From the NCBI GenBank assembly GCA_028534125.1, contig CM052816.1, positions 85,562,001-85,626,000 of the forward strand: DNA of 64,000 nucleotides, read 5' to 3'. The position numbers and the translations under genes are program-made. Each line of letters begins with the position of its first letter. Position 1 is the stretch's first letter. Of this stretch, positions 1 to 13,888 are shown piece after piece. Source of the DNA: Lama glama. Its lineage: Eukaryota. The notes beneath the pieces are model-generated. The model was not told the DNA's origin, searched no databases, and saw only the letters and a program-made list of their open reading frames with translations.

Positions 1-1269
1 TTGGTTACCCTGGAGCAGTTTTGTTTCAATATACTACAACTGACAGATACAGGAAATGGAGTTAAGCAAAAGCAAATTTGACCAGTAAAGGTCATAAAAG
101 AAGATCTCTACCTTGAAAGCTAGAATAATTAGGTAAAAATTAAAAGGCTAGAAATATGTGTCATCCTATAGCTTCAAAATTATACTAAAAGTATCAACTA
201 GTAATGATACCTCTTTCTAACCCTAAAGCAAAATAGGCAATACTATGTCAATTTTTTAGGTCGGTAAAATAAAAGGCATTAGATTCCTGACAAACTTAAA
301 AATGGAAAATGGAGAATTATTTTCAGAAAGTAAAGACATAGGTTACTTGTTTTTTTTTTTTTTTTTGCATCTACTTGGCTAATAATATCATTAAAAATAA
401 GTTAAGCAATGGATTTTTGGAGGCTAGTTTGTGGGAAAAGTTTACTTTTACCCCTAATTTTGAGAAAATAAGCATTATAATAAACCTCTGGTATGAGAAA
501 AGAAAATACAACTAGGACTGTCAAAATTTGGTAAAACTGTATGAAAACAAAACTTCTAATTTAATACTGGGCAAGAATCAATGGTACTTCTGTTTTAGAT
601 TCCTGCTGTGTCCTAAACACTGGTTTCAAAAGTATAATTCTCTAACCTAAGGACCCAACTTCCTCTAACCATTTTACTCTTCTCATTCTGCTAAAATGAC
701 TATTTTTTCTTTTTCAAACCAATGAAGTTAGTAAGAGTTAGTTAATTTTTATTTCAAAAACCTAAAATCACAAGGAAAAAGAACTTCATTAAACTGACTA
801 ATATTTTCATATTATGCTTGAAATAATGAGAGTAGAAAACTAAGGGGAAAAATCCTGTGTGCCTCTAAAATACATACTACAGTGGAATATATAATATAAT
901 CTGGATTAAAAGAGAAATAGGGCTAATATTCCTATTACTGTAGCTATATGGCAAGGCTATGGACCATGCCCTATCGTGTATGTGTGTGTGGGCAGAGGAG
1001 CCTACGAATATACCTATCTAGTAGTTGTGAGGACCAGATAAAGTAATGTATATGAAAATTATTTTGTAAACCAGCATATACACATTTTTCAGGTAGACAT
1101 TTGCTACAACAGAAACAATAAAAAGGAATATGCAAGTATTAAATTGCTCAAAGCAAGTCCAAAATCCTGTTTCAATGGTCATTTCTCCAACGTGCTCCTG
1201 AGATTATATGAACTGATGTATCGCCCTTCTCCAGTTATGATTCAGATTTCTATCAGCTATGGAGTGCGA

Positions 1270-1660
1270 GCCAGTGGGAAATATGCTGGATGAATAAGAG
1301 TGAGTAAAAATAAACAAAACTCTGCCCCCTGGAGCTTATACTCCAGTGTCTGGTTAAGACATCAATCAAAACAACACATAAAATCATTTACAATTATAAT
1401 TGTTTATTGTCACAAGCCCTTTCTTTAAAGGGAACATTTGAGGTGAGAATTGAAAATGAATGGGGGTTAAATAAGTGGACATGGTAGGAATAAAAAGACA
1501 TAAGAAGAAGCTCAATGTTGGGAGTGTGTTTGGCAATGACAATGGAACTAAACACGGCATTGGCACCAGTGAATAAGAAGCAAAGGGGCACTCCCTGCAG
1601 ATGATGCGGGGGTGGTGATCAGGGACACAGAACCTTTATCTCAAGCACAATGAGAATCTG
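1270..1660 (-). mobile_element. L2 fragment
   Basis: 'gtgagtaaaaataaacaaaactctgccccctggagcttatactccagtg' and 'gggaacatttgaggtgagaattgaaaatgaatgggg'. Confidence 0.65.
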
Positions 1661-4600
1661 ATGCATAGTTAAACAGAGTGAAAACATAAATTTTTTTTTT
1701 AATATTGCTCTTCATATTGGAGCTACGTCTGGCCACCATTATTTTGCTGACCTAGAGCAGGGAGGGTGGTGGAAGAAAAAAAATGCATGAATGAACCAGT
1801 TAAGAAATTATCTCATCCTCAAAATGCATACGATTTTTCAGTACTTTGATCTAGTACCAAAGGAAGGATAGCAAGGATTGTCTTTTCTATACTTTCTCAT
1901 TCTAATCCAAGCAGGTATGCAGATGATCCTCCATTACCTGGAAAGGAGAGAAGGGCTTCTTCACCTTAGCTGTTCCATGGGGTAAGTGTTTCCCACTATC
2001 TACTCTGACCTTTGGAATGCTGGTTTTGGTCCCATATGCAGCAGATCGCTGCACTTCAAACTTTTCTGTAAGCAACTGGATATGCCAGATGGAAAAACAA
2101 CACTTACATTAACTAACCAAGTACTGCAGAACATCTCAAATTTGAGTCTATGTGTCAGTAAACTGAGAGCCCCTTGAAGGCAGGCCTCACCCTCATATTA
2201 GACTCCTAACAAATGATTATGGAAATAACCACTCATTTACTGAATGTACGGGATATACACCTACATTCTTCCCAAATAAATCAAAAAGCCCCATAGGTTC
2301 ACAAACTTTTTGCATGCCTGTTCTATAATAACAGCATCAGGTTCAAAACATCAGTTTTTGACTTCAAATCCAGTGAGAGTATTAGGTTGCTTACATAAAA
2401 GCATTAGAGAAAGGTTATCTATATTTCTTGGCTCAGAAATTATTAGCCAGATAATATTTGTGGTAGATTTGATAATATAATGAATAATTATAGAACTATT
2501 CAGACCAAAGGAAAGTAGCGGAGAAATCTGGGAATATATTGACATTTTATTCAATCAGATTATTCTACTGAAAATATTTTTCTTGACTCACATAATATAT
2601 GTTGCCTCAAAATATTTTTTAAAATAAATCTGACATAATGCCCTCCAATTTTCACAACAGAGGTTGCTATATATTGTGTGTTCTGATGTCTTTGATCTTG
2701 TAATTTTTTAAAAGTATATATATTTATATATATTTAACTAAGATAATAGCAGAATTTTAAAATGTAGTAACATACAAATTTAAAAGAATAGTTTTTATTG
2801 GTTGAAATTATGTTAAATTTCATTCCTGATTCTTTGAAAGAAAACAGACCTATAAAAAGTGGAGATTTTTAAAAAATAAAACAATCAGTTGTGAATATCA
2901 TGCCCTCCTTATCCTGTGTCAGTTTGTCTCCATTATCATTCAGTGTATTGACCCAAAAGCGTATTCATAGACTGAACAGTCTTTTAGGAATTATCTTATT
3001 ATAGCATAAAATTGAATCAATAATTTTGATGATTCCATTGTGTCCTGATTTGAGTGGTGGAGGATTATGAAGGAGAAGGGGCAGTTTGTCATCTCTGTTA
3101 AACTAATACAAGCTATGAACTGTCCTTTTTCCCTTAACATTGATTCTAAATGCATATCTAAGACATTTGGAAAAATTGTTGTAAAGTGACAAGCAAGTCA
3201 AACTTCTAAGAAATATCTGACATCTTTACAGATAAACTCATGTTTTCTTGTTTTGTTTTTTTCATCTTGAAGATTCTAGCACCAAAAAGCAGATATGATG
3301 GTATCTCCCCTGACATTACACTGTGATTAGTGAATCATGGCAATTCAAGATTAAAAGCTACAACCTTATAAAAAGAATCTTTTCAGCACAAATTCAGAAG
3401 TTCAACTGAACCATAAAATTTATTGACACGTAATAGAACACTTCTTTTTTTTTCACTACGGGCATTGTTTCTGTCACAAATGCCTACATTCTACAGTTCT
3501 AATAACAATTAAATGTAGATAATTCATAAAAATACATTGGGGTATGTTTTTTCCATAGTTTTGATGATCAATAGTCACCATAGACAGTCACTGTATTAAA
3601 ATGGAGACGAGTTCAAAAGTTTGAATGATCACCCTTTTCTGCACCATCATTAAAGTATTAAGGTATATTGCCCAGTCTCCCTAATCTCGTCTTTCTTAGT
3701 GAGAGAGATGACAAAATAGTTTCACATGAACAGAATACTTATCAATATTTTATAGAGTCAAATATTTTATAGAGTCAAACTGCTAAAGTGTACAAATTGT
3801 ACTTTCGTGATCAAAGCAGTTTTAATGACATATATACAAAAATCTAGGTCAGCAGAGTGATGGTGGTCAGATACAGCTTTCAATGGGTAATTAATTAAAT
3901 TATAACTTCCCAGTATACACTTGGATTTTTGATCATTTCAGAGAAATTAGAGCACATTATAATGGTCTTGTTGATAAAGATTTACCCGATCTCTCAATTC
4001 TTATTTTAAATGTCATTAATTAAAACATAAGCCTATTTGGCATTCTAAATTTTATTTAGGAGACTACTTTGTAATTATACAGTGCACTGCTAATAAATGC
4101 AATATATATATAAATCCCCCCCCCCATTGTTTTAAAGCAATACCCTTGGAAAGTTAGTGAAAAGTTACAATATCTTTATTTGGGAATGCTGAAAATAAAG
4201 TGATGGAAGTAAATGACTTCCTGAAGAGAACATGGATATAGGGACTTTGGATCTAAAGTTAGGCATCACTTTGAAGGCTGTTTCATTTTGATGCACTAGT
4301 GCCCATCCTTAAACCAAATGAACTCACTCATCATGACTATAATTCAAAATTCTGTCAAAAGACTTGCAAGCCTAACATTACATCCTAACGTTACATGTTC
4401 CCTTATGCCTTGCACTTCTTACACACCATCTGCACCTGTGTATGTGGTGAAATTACACAGGGAAAATGTAAGCATAGTGGGTAAAAGATAGCCTACAAAG
4501 ACAGTATAAAGCTCAACTTAGAGCAATTTGGCATTGCTGCATACAGCTGGGAAGTGAAAGCAGCAGATGGGTTATGTTGACTTCCTGAAATCAGAAATGA

Positions 4601-6699
4601 GATGGTTTACATCTAACAAAAAATTTGCATAGCCTCTAAGGCAAAGTCATTGCAGACTTTGCAAATGATAACCAAAAATTATAAGGTGACATTCTTGAAA
4701 CTGTATGCAGACAATAATATAATAGGTAAGAATTTTATAGATACAATTCAGATACAATTTTATTTTTTTAAAGGAGAAGGTGCTAATAAATGAGATCAAC
4801 AGCTATTTTTACATCACAAAGCTTACATTAAAAATGAGTTTTCTCATGTATGGAATGTATAGACTATTGCAATTATATCATTAAAATTGAATATTTAATC
4901 AATTAACTAATAGAAATACAAGAACAAGGATATTTGTTTGGTTTTGTGCACTTTTTCCCTATTTTTTATCAAGCTATAGTGTTTCTAGAGTGTAAGGACA
5001 GATAATCAAAAAAATATCTGATACTTGGCAGATTAAGTTTACAACCAACATTTAACATTGACTTGTTAAAGACTCCATAAGACCCCCTTTTTCTGATAAT
5101 GACTTGATCAATGATAGAAAATATAACTTAAAATACATGATTTAACATCTTCCTGCAATAGAACATCTAGCTATAACATATTGATAATAATACAGTTTCT
5201 TCTCAGAGAGCTACGTCAAATTACATTAGATATTTAATTTTATTAATTATGGAAATACACGTATTAGTTTGTTTCTGTAAGTTACATTTAGGAACTATAA
5301 TCAGTCAAACTGCTACAGATCGCAATCTATGTAGCTAAATAATCATATCCTTTATTACAAGGGATTCAAATTTTACAAAATCATTTTAAATACTTTCAAG
5401 AGATAAAATTTTAGGGACTGATATAGTACTATACTACTCCTTGGTTTTAAGTGCAGTATAGCTTTTCAATATTTTCTTATTCCTCCCTGCTTTGTGTGTT
5501 TACTTGGTTTTGTGTCACCTCTTGATGTCTCTAAGAGGATCAGAGTGGCAAGGGTCAAATGCTAAGTGGTTTCCTGCACTTATCACTTCCCCCACTTATA
5601 TCATTTTGGTATTGTTGGTTTTTATCTTAGTCACTTGAAAATCTATATAAATGAGCTTCCCTCTTTAACTGTCCTTTCATTTCTGTGGCAAAAATAACTT
5701 TTCCCCAGTCTAGAAGGAAACGTTAGAATGAATATGGCTGCATGTGTAATAAAAAATGTCAAAATACGCATTTCTCAAATTAGTTTCATATTCCACAACC
5801 GCCCATCTCTATTTTAATGGTCATTTGGCTGTCTGGAATCAGTATCTCAGCCCATTTGAAACTGTTTAGTCCTTGGTAAAATTGCTCTGCTGTTCTTTCT
5901 CAAATGGTTCAAATGGAGCAATCACTGTCAAGGTGATCTTGAGTTTTTGAAAGAGAAAAAAAAATAGACAAAAGTTACACTTTCTGAAGAGCTATAAAAA
6001 ATAAAACACACATTTAAGGAGTACCAAATGTGACTTCTCTAGAACAGAAACATAAAACTTCTCCTAGGCCCTTACAGTCTTCTAATTTCAATATTAATAA
6101 GAATCATACTCATTCTGAATTTTAAAATTACATTAGTTTTTAAATTACGATAAATAAGGATGGTGTCAGACACAAGCAGAATAGATATTTAGCCACATGG
6201 CTCATGGGAGGCTAAAATGCATTCTTCCCACAAATATTTCTTCAAAAGTTGTGATATGTTTTGTTTTATTGTGTTATTGTTTGGTATAATTTCATTAAAA
6301 TAGTGTTGCAATAAAAGGCAAGTAAATAAGGATATATTTAAGATTAAGATGTATATGTTAAATTTATTTAGACCTTAGTACAGACACATTTCCTTTTCTT
6401 CTGGTTGCTAGTCAAGTTACACACACAAAAATAAATCAAAATTAGAATTTTGATCAATTATGTTGAAAACAGAAATGTAATTTTAGAATCACATTTCTTT
6501 TTTAAATCTCAAACCTAAGTAGATTGATTAGGTTCTTAAATAGGAAGTATCCTTGAATGTTAAGAAAATCAGATTAATGGACAATGAGATATGCACAGGA
6601 AGAAGGAAAGAGAAGAACATCAAAAATACCTTATCAATTTGACAAATTTGCTGAGAGTTTTCCATAAGATTGCCCTGGACATAGGACAGAAAATGGCTT

Positions 6700-6850
6700 C
6701 TTTAATATGCAAATGCTGACCTACGGGTAATGACCTGAAAGACTTTGCTGCGGTGAGTTTTGAAGTTAAGTGGAAAAGCCCAGTGATTTATTCAAATTGT
6801 CAGCAGCGGGCTCAGGAAAAAACAAGTTGCAGCAGGCCAGCAGTGAATTT
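6700..6850. promoter_or_regulatory. Candidate enhancer: octamer plus paired nuclear-receptor half-sites
   Basis: ATGCAAAT at 6707-6714. TGACCT at 6717-6722 and 6731-6736. Three retained CpGs in non-repetitive-looking sequence. Function is inferred only. Confidence 0.35.
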
Positions 6851-7224
6851 GGTGTCTTCCTTTTTATCTACCTTATTTAGCTTTCCAATTTTGCTTTTTT
6901 CACTCATCTAATTTTTTTCCTCTCAAATATGTTTATTCCTTCTACCTAAGTTATATTATATATCATTTAGTTAATTTTTTTAGGCTATAACCGACACCAA
7001 CATATTTTTATTTCTATAATTACCAATACTGTGATTATTTAATCTGCCAAATTTCTTTAACCATAGTCTAAAACAAATTTTTCAACCAAGTATCAAATAC
7101 CTGCCAGGCTACAGCCCAAATTTGGCTATATTTTAATTCATTCTTGCAGACTTAACTGAATGAGTCATTTTATTTTTAAATTAAACATTTATTTTTCTGA
7201 TATTTCATGTTATCATAGATTTAT

Positions 7225-7800
7225 TTTAATGAGAGTATCCTAAAAGTTATCTAGCCTTACTTACTTACTTAGAAAATTGGGTAACTGGGTCCTAGAATGT
7301 TGGAGATTTATTCAGAAATATATAATTAGTTAATAGAATTAAACTTGGAGCCAAGATCATAGAGATGATTTTCCAGTGATTTCCAAGATCATTTGTGGAT
7401 TAAAAAAAAATTAAGTACTATACACCTCTTGGGGTAGCCTTGGCCTAATATCTTTCTTGTCTTATTTTCAGTGTATTGGATGGTAATAGATCAGTTATAG
7501 AGTGTCAGTGTTTCCAAGCATCTGAATTCAGGAATAGAAACTTAAATGTAGGCTTTCTCACTGGAACACATAATCAGTAATTGTGGTAAAGAATCATCTA
7601 GAATTCTGGGCTTTTGTAACTTTCCACGCTTACTCTAGATTTCAACTAGGGCACAAGGACTAGGTAACTTATTGTAGGAAAGATAGACTTTAGCGTTACA
7701 GAGAACTGGGTTTGATTTGTTTCCACTTATCAGTGAATATTTGATCTTCTAGAACTTTTTTAGTACCACTCAGATTCAGTTCCCTCAGGACTACAGTTAC
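7225..7800. mobile_element. Two diverged MIR fragments (about 7225-7380 minus; about 7670-7790 plus)
   Basis: 'agaaaattgggtaactgggtcctaga...aattagttaatagaattaaacttggagccaag' and 'gaaagatagactttagcgttacagagaactgggtttgattt...ccacttatcag'. Confidence 0.55.
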
Positions 7801-9399
7801 CTCTGTATATTTGTTTTAGGTGTAGTTAATGTATCTGTTGTCTTGGTTAATATTCATTGACTACAATCTCTCTCTCTCTCAAAAAAAAAAATCCCAAATT
7901 ATATTTCAGGGTTTTGCTTCATTTAGTTATATATCCTCGAACTATCTCCTCTATGGTGTCCAGATAGCTTTCAGCCTTCTCTCTAAGAGTTTCTTACTCT
8001 TATAATAAGTCATCGATTCTGGCTAGAGTAAGCTTTCCTGAATAACATATATGGAAACTGACATATGTGTTATTTCATACTGTGATACTGGAGTTATTAT
8101 TTTCTTTTTGGTGTATGAGTCTAGGAGAGATTCATCAAAATAAAAGCAGTAAATTACAAGTTTTCATTTTTGGAGATCATTATAGTAACAGGCATGTTTC
8201 AGGTGGCATTCTTCACTTGAATGAGATTATTTGGGGATGTGATAGGGTTAAGCATATATGTAGCCTGAATTGCCACTGATATTTATAAACCCTATTAATC
8301 ACTAGACAGTTTTGATAGATCAGGATTCTGCTAAATTAAAACAGTAGATACTTTGATGATAATGTAAAGGCAACCAATACTTAAATCACTGAAGAGTCAC
8401 TGATTCCATTTGTGACATTTGAAAAACAAAACTTTTCTTGGTGTATCTCAGTTATGCTGATGCTTTTATTGGTCCATGCCCACTTAATACATCAGATACT
8501 ATATAACAAGGGCTAATTAATGTGTGGAAATAAAATCAAGGCACATGCCTCATATGCCATGTTTATATTCAAACTACCAGAAGGTAGAAGGGACTGGGCT
8601 TAAAGAAGATTCAGGGGGCATTAAGATATATGACATATGTATCTGCAAAACAGTTCTACACATTTTAATGAGATGGCAGGTAACCTCTGTAAACAACTTA
8701 ATAAATACATAGACTTTTTAGAGGAGGTCATCAATTTGGATTAGTGTAAATATTAACAATATTGCATAGTTTGTGCCCTGAGGCATTGGTAGGTTTAAAA
8801 ACATGAAAATCTCTTGATTTGTCTCTTTTTTTTTCCCACAGAGAATGGTTTTCATAAGAGAGAGAATTATGCCAATAAATATATAGAACAAGTGGCTTTG
8901 CATTTGGAGTGCACTGATGGGAAGATAGACTTGAGAATCCAAATATATTGAGTTGTCTTCATTTTTGCATGGAGGTACATACTATCAACAGAAATGTTTA
9001 ATATATTTTGGCTATTGTTATAAAGGAATTGTGTAAAAGAAACAGTGTGTATAAAAGTGTAATGTTTTCAGAGCCTCCATTGGGGCCCTTATGAAATTCT
9101 TTTCAAGCGAAATACAATTGTCTTGAGATTTACTGGATAAGTAACATGTGGGTGTTTAAGGCACAAGAAGCAGCATATATAATGGCAGAGGAGCATAAAA
9201 ATAAAAGAAAGCCTGAAGATTTGAGGGCAATGGAGTATATATAGAGAATTAAAGAAAAACCTGGCTGGGTATATGCTACGAATGACATCACATGTCATCT
9301 TTGATGTATCTCCAAGGTTAAATCACCCATTTCAATATTTTAAGCAAATGAATAACACAATCAAATAAGTAAGTGAATAAAAGCTTATTTTGATAAGAG

Positions 9400-9830
9400 T
9401 GTAAAATGGATAGTGAGGAGATAAAACTAACTAAGAAGCCAAGAAAGTGATGATGTGACCCACTAGCATGACATACATAGTACTAGGCAAATGCAATAGA
9501 TAACTATGAGATAGAATTATCAACTTAAGTGATTACAATGAATTAGAAAAATAAAGTATAAATGGAAGGAATATAAGTTGTCTTCTTGTTTTCTTACTCA
9601 TCTACCTGGGTGTACCTTAAATGTCATCCACAAGGAAGATGAATTATACAGGAAAGGTGGGTTCGGAGTAGGAAGATGCAAAACTTTAGGTCTTGCAAGT
9701 AATCCAACTGAATATATCCAACAGATCCAGGCATGAAGTTCTTGGGATTATAGAATTTTGTTGGTTGGAAATGTAAATTTTGGATTCATCATTGCATTGG
9801 TAATCACTGAAGGAAAAAATCCCTAGAAAA
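9400..9830 (-). mobile_element. L2 fragment
   Basis: 'atacaggaaaggtgggttcggagtaggaagatg', 'aagtaatccaactgaatatatcca' and 'ggaaatgtaaattttggattcatcattgcattggtaatcactgaagg'. Confidence 0.55.
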
Positions 9831-10446
9831 ATGGCTGTACTGAATCCTTTTCTATCATTAATGGAAGCTTTATTAGAATTAATTTAATTTGTATACACTA
9901 ATGCATACTAGACTACTGGAAATCTGTAACATTACTTAAAAGCCAACCTATTATGCAGCTACAGATATACCTGTGAAAATGCATTTTACAGTTAACAATA
10001 AAATTAAGAAAATGGCTATAACATTAAAAAGAAAATACCTTATTTAAGGAGGTACCATTTTTGCACTCTTTGCTAACAGCACAGGCAAACAGCCCCATCT
10101 CCCATGCCATACATACATGCAGCACTGCCAGACATGGGAGCAAGCAGCCTTGACCCTCCACCCCAGTGCTGCTTGCACGACTCCCCACCCCAAGAAAATG
10201 GGCATGTGCAGCCCAAACAAGAGATACTGTTACAGCACCAAAGTCAAGTCACTGTGGATGGGGGAATGCTGCATTTCTGAACTCCATGGGTCTGAAATAA
10301 TTGAAAAGATTGTTCAAGAGACAACCAAGAACTAGGGTTAGGTTAAATAATAAAGTTTGCCCCCTACACAGAACCAATCCTTCAAGACACAGAAAGACAG
10401 CTGTTTTATATAATACACAGAAACAAACACAGAGAGTCAAACAAAA

Positions 10447-11160
10447 TGAGGCAATAGAGGAATGTGCCCCAAATGAAGGAACAAAATAAAACCCCAGGGG
10501 AAAAATCAATGAAATGAAGATAAGTAATTTACCTGATAAGGAATTCAAAGTAATAGCCATAAATTTGCTTACCAAACTTGGGAGAGGAATGGATAAACAC
10601 AGTGAGAATTTTAACAAAGAAACAGGAAATATAAGTACCAAATAGAACTCATCAAACTAAAGAATACAACAAATAAACTGAAAAATACACTAGAGGGAAT
10701 CAACAGCAGACTAGATGATACAGAGGAATGGTTCAGTGACCTGGAAGACAGGGTACTGCAAATGACCCAAACAAAACATATTAAAAAAAAAATTAAAGAA
10801 AGAAAGAACCCAGAGATCCACACCAAGACACATTATAACTAAAATGTCAAAAGTTAAAGATAAAGAGAAAATATTAAAAGCAGCAAGAGAAAAACAACTA
10901 GTTAATTATCAGGGAACCCCCCCTAAGACTATTAGCTGAAGTTGAATAGAAACTTTGGAGGACAGAAGGGAGTGGTATGATACAGTCAAAGAGCTGAAAG
11001 AAGAAAAGTTCCAACCAAAAGTACTCTACATAGCAAGGTTATAATTCAGAATTAGAGAAGCAAATAGTTTCCTAGACAAGGAAAAGCTAAAAGAGATCAT
11101 TACTACTAACTTTACCCTACAAGAAATCTTAAAGGGACTTTTTAAAACTAAACAGAAAAA
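10447..11160 (+). pseudogene. L1 ORF1p remnant (disrupted, with an internal deletion near 10808)
   Basis: Translates to ORF1-like segments such as 'MRQ*RNVPQMKEQNKTP', 'LPDKEFKVIA', 'KNTLEGINSRLDDTEE' and 'STPRHIITKMSKVKDKEKILKAAREK'. Boundaries are approximate. Confidence 0.88.
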
Positions 11161-11429
11161 GCAATAACTAGAAATAAGAAAACATATGGAAGGAAAAGCT
11201 TTCACTGGCAGAAACAAATTATTATAAAGGTAGTGAAACATAACATATAAAGCTAGAATGATTAAAAGCCAAAAATATTAAAAATCAATAATAATGGGAA
11301 TTATTGTTAAAGGATACACAAAATAAAAAGATTTAAAATATGATATCAAAACCATAGCACATGGCAGGGGGCAGTGTAGTGGTTTTTGAATGTACTCAAA
11401 CTTACATGACTATCAACTTAAAACAGACT

Positions 11430-11431
<2 letters not shown>

Positions 11432-11479
<48 letters not shown>

Positions 11480-11563
11480 TACATACACATATATATATAT
11501 ATACACATATATATATATATATACACATATATATATATATACACATATATATATATATATATA
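11432..11563. repeat. Compound (TA)n/(TACA) microsatellite in the L1 inter-ORF region
   Basis: Direct read. Explains the four 'IYIYIY' ORFs in the track. Confidence 0.98.
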
Positions 11564-12280
11564 TGTTGTTATATAAAAACCTGTGGTAGCCACAAACCAA
11601 ACACTTACAATAGATATAACAGATAAACAAAATAGATGAGAAAGGAATCTAAACATAACACTAATGAAAGTCACCAAACCACAAGGACAGAGAGCAAGAG
11701 AAGAAGATAAAAAAGAAAAAACAGAGAATAACTACAAAACAATCAGAAAACAGTTAACAAAATGATAAGAAATACCTATCAATGATTACTTTAAATGTGG
11801 TTGGACTAAATGCTTCAAAAAAAGACACAAGGTGGTAGAATGGATACAAAAAATGAGATCCATCTATATGCTGCCTGTTAGAGATTCACTTCAGCTCTGA
11901 AGAGGCACACAGACTGAAAATGAAGGGACAGAAAAAGATATTTCATAGTTGGAAACCAAAGGAAACGTGGCGTAGAAATACTCATGATAGACAAAATAGA
12001 TATCAAAGACAAAGATTGTAATAAGAAACAATGGATGATATTACATAATGATAAAAGGGTCAATCCAATTAGAGGATATAACATTTGTAAAAAATTCTGT
12101 ACCTTTAACATAGGCACACCTAAACATAGAAAACAAATATTAACCAACATAAAGGGAAAGATTGTTAGCAATACAATAGTAATAGTTAATACCCCACCTA
12201 CATCAATGGATATATTATCCAGATGGGAAATCATTAAGAAAATAAAGACCTTAAATGACACATTATTCCAGATTGATGAT

Positions 12281-12312
12281 ACACACACACCACACACACA
12301 CACACACACACA
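12281..12312. repeat. (CA)n microsatellite inside the L1 ORF2 endonuclease region
   Basis: Direct read: acacacacaccacacacacacacacacacaca. Confidence 0.95.
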
Positions 12313-13343
12313 AAACATCCCATCCAAAATCAGCAAAATATGCATTCATTTCATTTCAAGTGGAAATGAAACATTCCCTAGGATACATCATATGTTAGGC
12401 CACATAACAAGTCTCAATAAAAATTAAAAAATCTTAAATCATATTAGACATCTTTTTCAACCACAATGTTATGATACTACATATCAATTACAAGAAAACT
12501 AGAAAAGATGCCAACACATGGAGGCTAAACAACATGCTACTAAACAATCAGCGGGTCAAAGAAGAAATCAAAACGGAAATCACAAAATATCTTAAGACAA
12601 ATAAAAATGAAAACACAACATTCCAAAATTCATGTGATGCAGTAAAAGCAGTTTTAAGGGAGTAGTTCATAGTGACACAAGCCTACTTCAAGAAATAAGA
12701 AAAATCCCAAATGAAAAACCTAATTATAAGCCAAAAGGAACAACAACAACAAAAAATGAAGCCCAAAGTTAGTAGAAGAAAGGAAATAATAAAGATCTGA
12801 CTGGAAATAAATTAAATAGAGACTAAATACACAATAGAAAAGATCAATGAAACTAAGAGCTGTTTCTTTAAAAAAGATAAACAAAATCAAGAAACTTTTA
12901 CCTAGACTCATCAAGAAAAAAAGAGACAGGCCCAAATAAAATATAAAGTAAAAGAGAAGAAGTTACAACTAATACCGCAGAAATACAAAGAATCATGGGA
13001 AACTACTACAAAAAATTATATGCCAGTAAAATGGACAATCTAGAAAAAAATGAATAAATTCCTAGAAAAGTACAATCTCCCAAGACTGAACCAGGAACAA
13101 ATAGAAAATATGAAAAGACCAATTAAACTCAATCACTAGTAATAAAATTGAATCAGTAATTAAAAACTCTCAACAAACAAAAGTCTAGAACTAGACAGCT
13201 TCACAAGTGAATTCTACAGAACATTCAGAGAAGAGTTATCACCTATTCTTCTCAAACTACTCCAAAAAAGTAAGATAAAAGAATACTTCTGAATGTACTT
13301 TGAGGCTAGATTCACCCTGATGCCAAAACCAGACAAAGAAACT

Positions 13344-13388
<45 letters not shown>
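13344..13388. repeat. (CA)n(TA)n microsatellite running into an assembly gap
   Basis: Direct read. Confidence 0.96.
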
Positions 13389-13888
13389 NNNNNNNNNNNN
13401 NNNNNNNNNNNNNNNNNNNNNNNNNNNNNNNNNNNNNNNNNNNNNNNNNNNNNNNNNNNNNNNNNNNNNNNNNNNNNNNNNNNNNNNNNNNNNNNNNNNN
13501 NNNNNNNNNNNNNNNNNNNNNNNNNNNNNNNNNNNNNNNNNNNNNNNNNNNNNNNNNNNNNNNNNNNNNNNNNNNNNNNNNNNNNNNNNNNNNNNNNNNN
13601 NNNNNNNNNNNNNNNNNNNNNNNNNNNNNNNNNNNNNNNNNNNNNNNNNNNNNNNNNNNNNNNNNNNNNNNNNNNNNNNNNNNNNNNNNNNNNNNNNNNN
13701 NNNNNNNNNNNNNNNNNNNNNNNNNNNNNNNNNNNNNNNNNNNNNNNNNNNNNNNNNNNNNNNNNNNNNNNNNNNNNNNNNNNNNNNNNNNNNNNNNNNN
13801 NNNNNNNNNNNNNNNNNNNNNNNNNNNNNNNNNNNNNNNNNNNNNNNNNNNNNNNNNNNNNNNNNNNNNNNNNNNNNNNNNNNNNNNN
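13389..13888. other. Assembly gap (500 N)
   Basis: Run of N. Confidence 1.

Noticed and set aside
11361..11677. Four overlapping Ile/Tyr-rich ORFs
   Set aside because: Translations of the (TA)n array.
11878..12427. 147-aa and 155-aa ORFs as host genes
   Set aside because: An L1 endonuclease fragment and its antisense frame, with a (CA)n insert and flanking stops.
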